Assembly: GCF_001194135.2 (NCBI RefSeq)
Contig: NC_069000.1
Coordinates: 29,579,310-29,615,853, forward strand
DNA length: 36,544 nucleotides
Reading direction: 5' to 3'
Source: Octopus bimaculoides
Taxonomy: Eukaryota
The position numbers and the translations under genes are program-made. Shown in pieces: positions 21,156 through 33,330 of this stretch (position 1 is the stretch's first letter; the number at the start of each line of letters is the position of its first letter). The notes under the pieces were generated by a model that worked only from the letters and a program-made list of their open reading frames with translations, had not been told where the DNA came from and made no database searches.

Positions 21156-21364
21156 AGAACACCACGGTGAAGCATGGTCAGGTCAGGGAAAATAATTCCC
21201 GGATCAGACAATTCAGATAATGGCCTGGGAGAATTTCCGAAGAATGATTTTAGTGTCAAGATATAGTCAAGTTCAGGCTTCAATTTGTAAGGTGGCAGGC
21301 AGAACATAATTTTTAATGAACACAAGTTATAACACTGTAATGAGAAGGCAACTGATTAACATTA

Positions 21365-21383
21365 ATACACACACACACACACA

Positions 21384-21460
<77 letters not shown>

Positions 21461-21462
21461 GT
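21365..21462. repeat. (CA)n(TA)n microsatellite
   Basis: Direct reading. Confidence 0.95.
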
Positions 21463-22329
21463 ACATATATAACATATATGTGTACAAGTGTATGTAAATA
21501 TTGTTTTTTTTTTAATTAGTTTAATGAATTACAATTATAATTATCTCACAAAATTACGGATATATATAACTCAATAGAAATGCCATGCCATATCTATTAT
21601 CTAGCAACTAACCTGTCAACCAATCATAAAGTAACTGCTTCTTTTCAAATCAATCACAGCATAATAGCTTGTTCTAGCTAACCACATTTTTTTATATATT
21701 CCTCTACTAAGATATGTTAGTAGTTATTCATAAGATTCTATTAGCTGGTTGATTTGCCTGCCCACCTACTCTCGAGCGCTCTAACTGCATGTATAGTCGG
21801 AAGTCAATTAATTGTTACCCTTTCTTTAGCACAGTGTATTATATTAATTAAATATACCATTAAATGAAGAGGCTCAGTCACTTGTTGCAGATTAACTACT
21901 CGGATAAAAGTTAATACCGACGACGACGATACCATTAAATAATCCAAATGGACCAGCATAGAATTTGTTATCCGATTTTCCATCAGTTTATTTAACCAAA
22001 CCTGAATATATTTTTAACAATATCACACTCTTCATTACAAGTTTATTGAGTACTTGTAAAGTTTACATATTTGTAGATGGATGGATGCATGCATACACGA
22101 TATATATATATATATATATTTTACATGTTTCAGTTAAAACTAACACAAAGAACAACAATAATAGTAGCGACAATTATAGCAAAGATAACTATTAACCAAC
22201 ACAGCAAAACAGCTACAACAGCCCTATATTGAAACAATAGCAATACTGAAATTTTTCGAAGGTAAAAATATTCAAAATTTAGAGTGTCTGCATAGCCATT
22301 TTGGTCACCGGAATCTTTAACGTAAGCTC

Positions 22330-22820
22330 TTGCGCCCATTCACTTTCTACATTTCATCTCCCTCTGTTATTCTTTTTAAACATACACCAACCTCTCTTCT
22401 CTTCTATACTTCTCTGTTGCTCACTCTCTATATTCACCTTTCTCTCAGTCTCTGTACACCACCCTCTTCGACATCTTTCCAGCACTCTTTTGTCACTCGC
22501 TCTCACCATTTTCTACAACTCTCCCATATCGCTCTATACACCACCCTCCTCACATTCCTTCTGTACTCCTCTGGCGCCGACTCTCTCCACACCTTGCACT
22601 TCCTATCCCCTATTTATATACTCTCCTTATTTCTTCTACACTTTTCTGTCAGCCTCTCACTTTATTCACAACACTTCCTACCATTTTCTCTCCTATCTCT
22701 CAAAATACTTACATCTGTCCACCTTTATTTTCACTATTCTTTCTCCTCCTACCGTTGGATCCTACCATGAAATCTCTTCCCATTCCTCTAATCCACCCCC
22801 ACCTGCATTACCTCACTCAC
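22330..22820. repeat. CT-rich low-complexity tract
   Basis: Strong pyrimidine bias on the + strand; explains ORFs 22301-22897 and 22330-22770. Confidence 0.7.
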
Positions 22821-22822
22821 TC

Positions 22823-22965
22823 TCCAAATTTCACATGTCCATCAATGTTGTTGAATATATTGTATGTTTCAATGGCCTCCTCGCGGGAGAATGTTAATGT
22901 AAGGATGTCATCTACATACCTGGGAAAACCGCTGGAACGACATGTATTCAGCAACCTGCTTTTTT
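22823..22965 (-). mobile_element. Inverted 5' segment of a Penelope-like element (RT catalytic motif)
   Basis: Minus strand reads SGFPRYVDDILTLTFSREEAIETYNIFNNIDGHVKF; the YVDD codons are at 22918-22907. Confidence 0.8.
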
Positions 22966-22970
22966 AGTGA

Positions 22971-24082
22971 TCCATTTGAAGTGGAATGCCCCAGTAACAC
23001 CAGTTCCTTATCTCTACTTCATTTTGAACACAAAACTTGAGAGAAGGTGTTTATCTCTACTAAATGTTACAGAAAAGTGGCATTCAAGGGCCTATTTGTG
23101 CATTATAATTCATCCCTATTCGTCAGAACTAAGACGACCTACGTAAGATATGAGATCCATGGGATACGCGCTAAATACTGTGAAGCAAATGATGAAAAAA
23201 GCCAAACCATACAATTCCGATAAACCTCTTTTGAGAATAGCAGGAATCATTAACCGTCCTAACAAAACCCCACATTCAAAGATAACGTGTTTTTTTTAAA
23301 CTGTCACATTTTATAGAGACAATCTGCCGTGTAATCTGTAGAATGGGGACTGAATATACGACCGGCATTTACCGGCCCTCTCTCCTATAAAATAACATAT
23401 AGTAAATATAATGAATCTTACAATGGAAGTACTGTCAGATAAATACACAAACGGAACGAAACATTGGGAGCTTAAGAATAAAAGAAGCCATCATCATTAG
23501 TATGAACAAATCACGTATTATTAACAGCAGAACTGAGCTGCTCACGGCTTATTAGCTACAACAGCAATGCTGTCCTGCTCATGCATAGCAACCCTCAGAA
23601 TGAAGGTATCTACCGACATCTACCGACTGAAGTTTGTAATGTAACGAACAGTGAAGTTGATACTAGGTGGATTAATGGCGTAGCATGAGATTTGGTCACT
23701 TTGTAAGGTAATCAAATTGACCACCTCCACTCAAAAGTAATGTTCCTTCGAATAAAGCAAACACATGTATATAAAGTGGTTTTTGTATGGTTCACACACT
23801 TTGCAAACCCCGCGTACCCCGCATATCCCACGTTACACCACTGAGGTGGGTCTTCTTGGATACTACAATTCTTTCTCACTTTTCATTAAGCATTGCGACA
23901 AATAAAGTCATAAAACACACCTAAGGATCCAGTAGAAGCACTAATTCACAAGAAACATTTATTGGTACCAAAACTGCATTCTAAATGTTGCGTTTCCTCT
24001 TCTGGTATTTGTACCACTTGAATGCCTTTGAATCATAGGTTTATTCTGACGAAGTCATTTTGGATGAGAAACAAAAACTGTC
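22971..24082 (+). mobile_element. Penelope-like element 3' part (RT thumb, deleted GIY-YIG end, pLTR with hammerhead)
   Basis: FEVECPSNTSSLSLLHF, YRKVAFKGLFVHYNSS, TKTTYVRYEI, GLNIRPAFTGP, LRIKEAIII...IINSRTEL; terminal CTGACGA...GAAAC...GTC. Confidence 0.8.
24046..24082 (+). ncRNA. Degenerate hammerhead ribozyme motif at the PLE 3' end
   Basis: CTGACGA, stem II TCAT/ATGA (the C partner of G24054 is missing), GAAAC, stem III ACA/TGT, GUC triplet. The 3' strand of stem I is absent. Confidence 0.6.
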
Positions 24083-24119
24083 TTCTCCCCAAACTTTTAA
24101 TATATACGCACTTTGTATA

Positions 24120-24960
24120 ACATCAATATCTACTCACTTTGTGTATTCTGTTTATGTATACAGTCAACACCTACAGCAGTCATGGGCAAAATGCTGCTTA
24201 CGGGACTTCCTGATTAAAATGCCTAACGAAAAATTACTTTGAATGCTTTTAGTAGGGCAGTCCGCCTGATGATGAATCATGTCTCATTTGGTTTGCTTCT
24301 CGAAAAAGGTTGCCCATGCCCGATCTACATACACACTGTGTCTATCCTGTGCTGGATTAAGGTATGCGCTGGAGCCTAGGGGCCTCTGCTAACACAAGCG
24401 CCTCCAAAGACAAAGTGCCAAGTCACATCTTGCTTCACACTACTTCTCGCCCAATAGTCTACAAAATTATGATCTGGCTTTGTTTTTCGATACAATCAAC
24501 ATCTATAAATTGTGTCTATCTTTTCAGCCAATATCTACGCACTGTATCTCCTTTTCCAGTCGCCAGCTATACACTGGATCTGTCTATTTATACAGTCACC
24601 AGCAACACACTATGTCGGTCATCTCCCCAATTATCATCTACACAAGTTAAGAGCTACGGCCCGTCTATCTAGTGACAATCTGCGCACTCTGTCTAACCAT
24701 ACAGTCAACACCTATGTACAACCTACACATAAAGCAACATCTACAAATAATCGGTTAAAATTTAAACACTTTATCAAGGTATTCAATCAACATTGTACAG
24801 AAAGTCTGTCTACATTACTGTGTCTATTTTTCAAGTGAACATGTACATACTGAGTCTATCTATCCAGTTAACAGCTACACACTTGTCTCTCTATCTGGTG
24901 GAAATCTATATACTGTTTCTGTCTAACCAAACGATAAATCAACATCTACACCCGACTCTA
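24120..24960 (+). repeat. Degenerate ~32-bp tandem satellite (array 2), opposite orientation to array 1
   Basis: Many variants of CAGTCAACATCTACACACTGTGTCTATCT, e.g. CAATCAACATCTATAAATTGTGTCTATC and CAGCCAATATCTACGCACTGTATCT. Densest in 24490-24960. Confidence 0.7.
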
Positions 24961-25322
24961 GGATTTGCTTATAAACCTCGAACATGTGAAAAGAAATTGC
25001 ATGTCTATATACCTGGCTGCTTGTGTATGTGTTGTGTTGTTTGTGCATGTTTTAAAATTCAGTTACTAAATTTAGGCGTTGAAAATGTTTTTCTGAAGAG
25101 AAATATTTATAGAAAAATTAAAGCCGTTTCGCTGTGCAGCAAATGAAACTCGCAAGAGACAAGAAGAGAAGTAGACTGAGGTGAATGGACTCGTCCTTAG
25201 TTTGTTAGTATGGATCTATGAAAGAAATGTGTGTGGGTTGTCTGTTGACAAAGATCTCTACAGATGTGTGTAGGTGTATGATAGATTAACAATTGTTCTG
25301 GAAATTTCAGCGTAATGGTAAT

Positions 25323-25335
25323 ATGTGTGTGTGTT

Positions 25336-25366
<31 letters not shown>

Positions 25367-25660
25367 CCTCTACAATACCACAGAGAGAGAGAGATATAGA
25401 AAGAGAAATACACACGTATATGTGGAGGTGTATAATAAATATGTACATATATACAAATACATATGTATATTTATGTATATATATGCATATATATTTATAT
25501 GTATTTGTATAAATGTATATATAAATCCATGTGTGTGTTTAAGTACATATGAGAAGAGAGCGAGTGAGAGAAATAAAGAGAGAGAGGGAGAGAGAAAGAG
25601 AGAGAGGGAGAGATAAAGAGAAAGAGGGAGAGAGAAAGAGAGAGAGGGAGAAAGAGAGAG
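25323..25660. repeat. TG, TA and GA microsatellite cluster
   Basis: Direct reading. Confidence 0.85.
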
Positions 25661-26071
25661 TGATTACCAAGTTGATAGACAACTGAATGGTTAAATGGAG
25701 ACTTATCATTTCGATGCCAAACGTCAGTTTCTTGTGGCCATTGATGGCTGGATTGATAGAAAGAAGGATGGAAGAGAAGATGAGTCGGAAAGAATGAGGA
25801 ATGTAAAGAAGAATCTGTTGTCTCCACAACAAAAATCAACAGTTTGTGTGTGTATGTGTGTGTGCGTGTGTATGTGTGTGTGCGTGTGTGTGTGCGCGCG
25901 CGCGTGACTGAGTGTGCTTGCTGGGAATGGCAAGTGATGATGATGATAAATCAATCGAAAATCTGAATGGGAAACACACACATATCCTCACACACTCATA
26001 CACAAATATATGTGTGTATTTACGTATGTGTATGAAATGTAAATGTATGTTATATATATATATATATATAT

Positions 26072-26533
26072 NNNNNNNNNNNNNNNNNNNNNNNNNNNNN
26101 NNNNNNNNNNNNNNNNNNNNNNNNNNNNNNNNNNNNNNNNNNNNNNNNNNNNNNNNNNNNNNNNNNNNNNNNNNNNNNNNNNNNNNNNNNNNNNNNNNNN
26201 NNNNNNNNNNNNNNNNNNNNNNNNNNNNNNNNNNNNNNNNNNNNNNNNNNNNNNNNNNNNNNNNNNNNNNNNNNNNNNNNNNNNNNNNNNNNNNNNNNNN
26301 NNNNNNNNNNNNNNNNNNNNNNNNNNNNNNNNNNNNNNNNNNNNNNNNNNNNNNNNNNNNNNNNNNNNNNNNNNNNNNNNNNNNNNNNNNNNNNNNNNNN
26401 NNNNNNNNNNNNNNNNNNNNNNNNNNNNNNNNNNNNNNNNNNNNNNNNNNNNNNNNNNNNNNNNNNNNNNNNNNNNNNNNNNNNNNNNNNNNNNNNNNNN
26501 NNNNNNNNNNNNNNNNNNNNNNNNNNNNNNNNN
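26072..26533. other. Assembly gap flanked by (TA)n
   Basis: N characters. Confidence 1.
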
Positions 26534-26569
<36 letters not shown>

Positions 26570-27099
26570 CACATATATATATATATGTATATGTATGTAT
26601 ATATATATATGTATATATATATCTATATGTAAGTATATATATATATGTATATATATATCTATATGTAAGTATGTATATATGTATACGCACACACATGGGA
26701 AGTAAAGAGAGGAGGGAGAAAGTAATGAATTGTAGGGGTGAAATTTGTGGTGGTGGTGGTGGTGATGGTAGGTGGAAAGGTAGAAAATTCTAGAAACAGT
26801 CGAATCCGTTCAAATTACAGATGTTTTGTAGAATCAGTTTCACGTTTGTCAATCGCCCACGTGTTAATATTAGTAAATGCATGAATGCGCGCGCGCGTGT
26901 GTTAGGTGTATGTGTGTGTGTGTAGGTTGTAGCATAAAGAAGTGTGCGACAAGGAGAAATATGATTTACTCAATGCGCATTGTGGTTGGTTTCCCTTTTG
27001 TTTGTTTCTTTATTTTGATGTGGGGCGGGGTGCCATATTTATTGTTAGGTGAAATCTCACTAATTGTTACCTAGAGTTTCGTGTTTCCGATATTCGACA

Positions 27100-27139
27100 C
27101 GCACACATATTTACTCACATATACATACATACATACATG

Positions 27140-27177
<38 letters not shown>

Positions 27178-27321
27178 AATACATATGTATATGTATATAT
27201 ACATATACATATATATATATATATACATATGTAGTTGTATATACATATACTTATATAAATAAATACATATGTATATGTATCTATACATATACATATACAC
27301 ATACATACATAAATACATATG

Positions 27322-27383
<62 letters not shown>

Positions 27384-27445
27384 CATACATACACACATGC
27401 ATACATACATACATACATACATACATACATACATACATACGTACA
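27100..27445. repeat. Compound TA/TACA/CATA microsatellite
   Basis: Direct reading; AAATACATATGTATATGTAT recurs three times. Confidence 0.92.
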
Positions 27446-27626
27446 CAAAACATGTATTCCTGTGCTGCTTGGAAATGTAATCCGGTGAAACCTGTTGCAT
27501 GGTTTGATCGTCGACGACTTACCTGGGTTTCCCTATCAGTTTACTTGGTGGTGATGGTCTCTTGAAACCCGACAGGACGAAAACTACATATAATTGCGTG
27601 TGCGGGTTCGCGCCCCTGTAAACATG

Positions 27627-27677
<51 letters not shown>

Positions 27678-27739
27678 TAATAATATTTATGCTACGCACA
27701 TCACATTCAGAGATATACAGGAAATATATCTGTTTATAT

Positions 27740-28200
27740 AATAGGCACCTTCTACATATATTCTTCAAAGGAACGGATAATCCTAGTATAGGGTCTAACG
27801 ACAGTCCAACAGTGGATCGAGGATTTAGAAATTTCGGGTTAGTGTTCGGCGTGCTGAAAGACCAAATTGTATGAGGCATCTCTTAGCATACGTCGGTGAG
27901 ACTGTCTCCACAGCTACCCTGGAGGTATTTCGAGGTGGGGGTGGGGTGCTCAGCGACTCTGGACGACAGCCAGACAAAGAGGACAGCAATGAGCATATAA
28001 ATCCTCATTGGGTTTCAAGTGACAGGGAAGAGGCGAACGCTAACAGAATCAAGCCCTGCAGCAAATGGGATCGGATGAGAATTCGTGCTCCACCGAACCC
28101 TGATCATTTTGAAGGGGGGATGAAGACCTGACGAATGGACAACAGTGTGTGGCGAAACAAAAAGGGCAGTTGCAACTGAGGCTCCCAACTCTCAGCCATG
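27740..28200 (+). mobile_element. Possible decayed Penelope-like 3' end with hammerhead remnant
   Basis: KTKLYEASLSIRR resembles the GIY-YIG C-terminal RxxKEAxxI motif. Followed by CTGACGA (28128) and GAAAC (28154). Confidence 0.4.
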
Positions 28201-28214
28201 GAGATAGAAATAAC

Positions 28215-28295
28215 CATTCATTCATCCATTCATTCATTCAATCATTCATTCATTCATTTATTCGCACGCACTCACGCACTCACGCACACACGCAC

Positions 28296-28338
<43 letters not shown>

Positions 28339-28360
28339 CACACACATACACACACACACT
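28215..28360. repeat. (CATT)n plus (CA)n microsatellite
   Basis: Direct reading. Confidence 0.92.
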
Positions 28361-28960
28361 TTAACATGAAGTAGAGTGTATTCATTTATTCGTTGCATGT
28401 AATTGTAAAAGGTTTCTGTTTTATATAAACAGACATTACATTCAAAAATATTTGAATGCGCATAGCATAAATACACACATACATACGTATGTGTTTGTGT
28501 ATATGTTTGTGTATATATATGTACGTTATCCTTTACTTGTTTCAGTCATTAGACTGCGACCATGTATGTATGTATGTATGTATGTATGTATCTATACTGG
28601 TACCCCAGCACGGGCACAGTCCCTAGCTAAAACCAGTAAAAGAAAAGAATATGTATGTTGGTGTATGCTACTCATATGGTCGTTCAATACGATTAATCAC
28701 CCATTAAAGGATACCAATGATTACATATCAGTCGAGTGATGCATAGGTGTGTGAGTCTTTGTGTGTGTATTTGTTTGTGCTATGTGTGTGTGTATGTGTG
28801 TGTGTGTTTGGCAGTACTAACAAGAGAAAAAGTACTCAGTACATGTAGTGGAGTATATTCATATATTTGTTGCATCTAAATGTAAAAGTATTCAACTTTA
28901 TATAAACAGACATTACATTCAGAAATATATGAATGGGCATAGCATGAACACACACACACA

Positions 28961-29011
<51 letters not shown>

Positions 29012-29163
29012 CGCACAGGTATGTATATGTATTTGTGTGTGTGGATAGATAGATATATGCATAGAGATATATGCACACTCTCTCTTACACACACATATAC
29101 ACAGATATATATTGGTACGCAGATAGATAGATAGATAGATACATACATACATACATACATACA

Positions 29164-29195
<32 letters not shown>

Positions 29196-29737
29196 AAAAA
29201 ATACATATAAAAAAATACATATTTGTACATTTATATACACAGACAATCAAATATTTATGCGTATATTAAAAAAAAATCTCTGACTACTACGTTGTAAAAT
29301 ATTTCAAACTTCTAAATCGATAAAACCACACCACATCCCCTTTCTATTATCAACCGAATGATAATACATTACGGGTGTGTTGTTAAATTATAGGGCCTGT
29401 TCCTCCGTCATCACCCGCCGCATAAAGCACTGACAAACCAAAAGCCACCTGATGCAGATTAAGGCGGGAATTGTTTCTATCTCAACCGATTCAATATTTT
29501 TTAGTCATGCATTGATATCTTGTACACGGGATTTAGTGTACGTACGTCTTCATAGATTTGTATGAGTGTAACTTTGTGTTCTTATCTAGGAATACTTTTC
29601 CATATTTGTATGAGTGTGTATAGTTATGTACATATACCTGTATATATGCATATGTGGATGTGAATGTACATATACTCCATATATATATATCTGTATGAGG
29701 ATGTATATGTAGCTATTCGAGCATATGTTCAAATACT

Positions 29738-29779
29738 CTGAAAAAGCCACATACCCGACGAAACTTCGAAGTCACTGTC
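29738..29779 (+). ncRNA. Degenerate minimal hammerhead ribozyme motif
   Basis: CTGAAAA (G8>A), AGCCACATACCCGAC, GAAACTTCGAAGTC: palindromic stem III ACTTCGAAGT, GUC triplet, stem I ATACT/ACTGT with one mismatch. Confidence 0.55.
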
Positions 29780-30059
29780 AATATAATAATAATCAGTGAA
29801 TGTTCGTTGTTTTTATGCATATAGAAACACTTTTAACAACGTATATGTGTGCCCTTGTGTATGTGTGCCCTTGTGTATGTGTGTATGTGTATATTATATA
29901 TGTATGTGTGTATATCGGTGTGTGTATGTATATTTCTATATGTGTGTGTATATTAATCTGTATTAATTATATGTACGCCCCTTATAGATGCTGCTAGCTT
30001 GGTTTACAACCATATAAAGTCATGGCTTACCGTTTTGTGTATGTGTTTCTCGAAGTGAT

Positions 30060-30109
<50 letters not shown>

Positions 30110-30188
30110 GAAATAAGTATTTGTGTGAGATGTGTTTCAATGACACCAGACGCCCACAAACAGTGGTAACCGTGGTGACATATCCAGC

Positions 30189-30295
30189 NNNNNNNNNNNN
30201 NNNNNNNNNNNNNNNNNNNNNNNNNNNNNNNNNNNNNNNNNNNNNNNNNNNNNNNNNNNNNNNNNNNNNNNNNNNNNNNNNNNNNNNNNNNNNNN
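30189..30295. other. Assembly gap
   Basis: N characters. Confidence 1.
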
Positions 30296-30311
30296 CATAC
30301 ATACGTATATA

Positions 30312-30366
<55 letters not shown>

Positions 30367-30404
30367 TCATATACACACACACACATAGGTAGATAGATAG
30401 ATAA

Positions 30405-30491
<87 letters not shown>

Positions 30492-30635
30492 TTTACGTGC
30501 GCGCACATACACATGTCTTCAGGGAGAGAGAGATCTTCCTGTTCATCTATCACACATGAATACATGCATGCAGGCATACATACATACATACATACATACA
30601 TACATACATACATACACATATGCATGCATACATAC
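30296..30635. repeat. Compound TA/(GACA)n/(GATA)n/(CATA)n microsatellite
   Basis: Direct reading. Confidence 0.92.
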
Positions 30636-31084
30636 TAGTGTGCATAAGTATCTCTAGCTATATACAAGCGTGTATCTGTACATCTACATCACTCCCATAA
30701 GCCATTACGTTTATTAGGAAGGTTGGTGTATGTATGAACATACCGTACAATCAATCATATGGTCCTCGCTTCACCCTGCTGCGCGGTAACCTAAGAAAAT
30801 ATTTCTAACACAGATCTACCCAAGGTTTGTGTGAAATGTAGGGTCAACAGAAATAAGATCGTTCCATCAATTACAAAAAATAAAATAAAACAACTTCATC
30901 ACAATTTCAAACTGATTCTACTTGAGAGTTATGCTAAGAGTACAAATGTTTGCTACAGAATACTCATGCACTTTCAATTAACTCAATGAGTAACTAGTTC
31001 CGTAGAACCAACAACGACAACAATGATCGTCGAAACTGGTGCAAGATCCATTGGTATCTTGAAAAAACGTGCAGTTTTCAGCAC

Positions 31085-31103
31085 GTGTGTGTGTGTATGT
31101 GTG

Positions 31104-31138
<35 letters not shown>

Positions 31139-31186
31139 TTATCTATCTATATAATATATATATATATATATAGATATATAGATATA

Positions 31187-31218
<32 letters not shown>

Positions 31219-31300
31219 TATATTATATTATATCATATTATATATATTATATATATGTGTGTGTGTGAGTGCGTGAGTGCGTGAGTGTGTGTGTGTATGT
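31085..31300. repeat. TG/(TCTA)n/TA/(TAT)n microsatellite
   Basis: Direct reading. Confidence 0.92.
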
Positions 31301-31719
31301 GCCTTACGCAGTGCACGTACACGCGCAGACATGTATGTTAGTTGGTAATATATAAACACACTGCATGAAAATGATGAATGTAAAAAAAATGTTATGATCT
31401 GGTTACATATATGTACCATATGTACGTACGTATGTATGCATGTATGTCTACACGCGTGTGTGTGTGTGTGTGTGTTGTAAAATACGTAGTTTCCAATCAA
31501 TCATATGATTGGAGGGGTGATGATCGATATATCAATGAATGGGCTGGATAAATATAAAAGTCGCTGAGAAATTCATTGAGAAATGTGCTGGCATCCATGA
31601 ACTGTAGTGTGACAGCTTTATTATAGTGTATGTTGCAGCGATAAGTGTAACAGATGCCGTTATACAACAACTGTTGTTTAAAGCGTCGGCTGCCATTGCA
31701 CTAAAACAGACGACATTCT

Positions 31720-31983
31720 TCTTCCTCTCTCTCTATCGCCTTGTCTCTTTCCTTCTCTCTCTCTCTCTCTCTTCCCTTCTCTCTCTCTCTCTCTCTCTCT
31801 TCCCNNNNNNNNNNNNNNNNNNNNNNNNNNNNNNNNNNNNNNNNNNNNNNNNNNNNNNNNNNNNNNNNNNNNNNNNNNNNNNNNNNNNNNNNNNNNNNNN
31901 NNNNNNNNNNNNNNNNNNNNNNNNNNNNNNNNNNNNNNNNNNNNNNNNNNNNNNNTCTCTCTCTCTCTCTCTCTCTCTTCCCT

Positions 31984-32018
<35 letters not shown>

Positions 32019-32045
32019 TTCCTTCTCTCTTTCTCTCGCTTTCTC
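31720..32045. repeat. (CT)n tract spanning the gap at 31805-31955
   Basis: Direct reading. Confidence 0.92.
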
Positions 32046-32136
32046 ACTGATTACCGCCTTCATTCATCTGATGCATGTTTAGTCATACATACATACTTGC
32101 ATGTACACATAGATACTATCACACAAGTGTAGGTAA

Positions 32137-32183
<47 letters not shown>

Positions 32184-32399
32184 CACACTTACATATATGT
32201 GTATGTGCATGCATCGTATGTGTGTGTGTTCGAAATGGCAAATATGTAGAAAATACAAAATATAGATGTAGAACTGATATTACTCTGACACTGTTTGGGA
32301 TATGAGATGTTTAAAACTTGGTATTTACAAGAAAAGTACATGAAACATATATGAAAAAAAAAATACCATATTATACACTGCACACGACATAACAAGCCA

Positions 32400-32790
32400 A
32401 AGAGGAGGGGTCTCTACCTGATCGCTTGAACTGTGACAAACTGTTGACAAACCTCATCCCCCACTGTCTTAAATATGGAAAGGACACATTGGATAATATA
32501 TACTAAATACCCATAAAATAACAGGATGGTTGGAATGCCTTTGATCATCATTAACCTGAAGTTAAACAATAACATACGATAAAAGAACGAGGGAAAGCCA
32601 TTCGTCTTGCTAGAAACTGCAACTCAATCTGCCTCTTATAACAGCCAAGTACCTGAAAATGAAAGAAATAAATAGACAACGCAGTCCTAGACAGAATGTC
32701 AGAGAAAAAAAAAAAGCGAATTGGTCATGGTTGAAACGTTTTTGACTATAAGTCTGTCCAAATTATGTAGACCTGGGGCTAACAACATAT
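32400..32790 (+). mobile_element. Two degenerate fragments of SINE-like family C
   Basis: GGACACATTGGATAAT, GGAATGCCTTTGATC, CTTGCTAGAAAC, GACCTGGGGCTAACAAC; shares motifs with 4892 and 5870-5927. Confidence 0.45.
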
Positions 32791-32984
32791 TACCCACTAC
32801 ATCACCACACTACATACTACCTCACACATTAAGCATCACACGTCGTTTGATCGACTTTCAAATTGTGATCATAACGTATTTATCTGACTTAATCCGTTTT
32901 CAATTCTAAGAGTAAAGCCCCTATTAAAAGCGCTGTCGTTCGAGACATTACAAATAGCTCATACCTAATTTAACATATCTTTTC

Positions 32985-33330
32985 TTAGCAATGTCGGGTT
33001 GCTTTTGACTTGCAATTGTTGAGTTGGTGAATAAGAATGTTTTTGGCTGCGTGAAGAAGTAACTCAACAACACCCACGAACATTTAACAGAATTTATTGT
33101 CGCACATAAAGACAGACAGCATTGGTCTTTACAACAACAATTTTCGTGGTGACGGAGGTTCTTGGTCATCTGTCTGAGCGGTCTGCGTGCGCTATCTGGT
33201 GTGGCAAGAATGGAGACATGTCACTCGACTGCCTCAACAGTTTGCAATAGGTTTAGAGCCAAAGCGGCCTTTTATAGAGTACAAGAAAAAGATTGAATTA
33301 TGCGATGGTTTGACGCTGATTAATAAACCA
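32985..33330 (+). mobile_element. Possible decayed GIY-YIG endonuclease remnant (PLE)
   Basis: SNVGLLLTCNC, then after a frameshift NKNVFGCVKK*LNNTHEHL, resembling NVVYxIxC...YIGxTxRxLxxRxxEH; ends LTLINKP. Confidence 0.35.

Noticed and set aside
21053-21325. Minus ORF MCSLKIMFCLPPYKL... as a host exon
   Set aside because: It overlaps a SINE, has no convincing splice donor and no recognisable domain.
24266-24310. CTGATGA...TCGAAA as a second hammerhead
   Set aside because: Stem II is poor and there is no stem III or NUH geometry.
27561-27590. CC-GACA-GG-AC-GAAA resembling a hammerhead stem II
   Set aside because: Core CUGANGA and stem III are missing.
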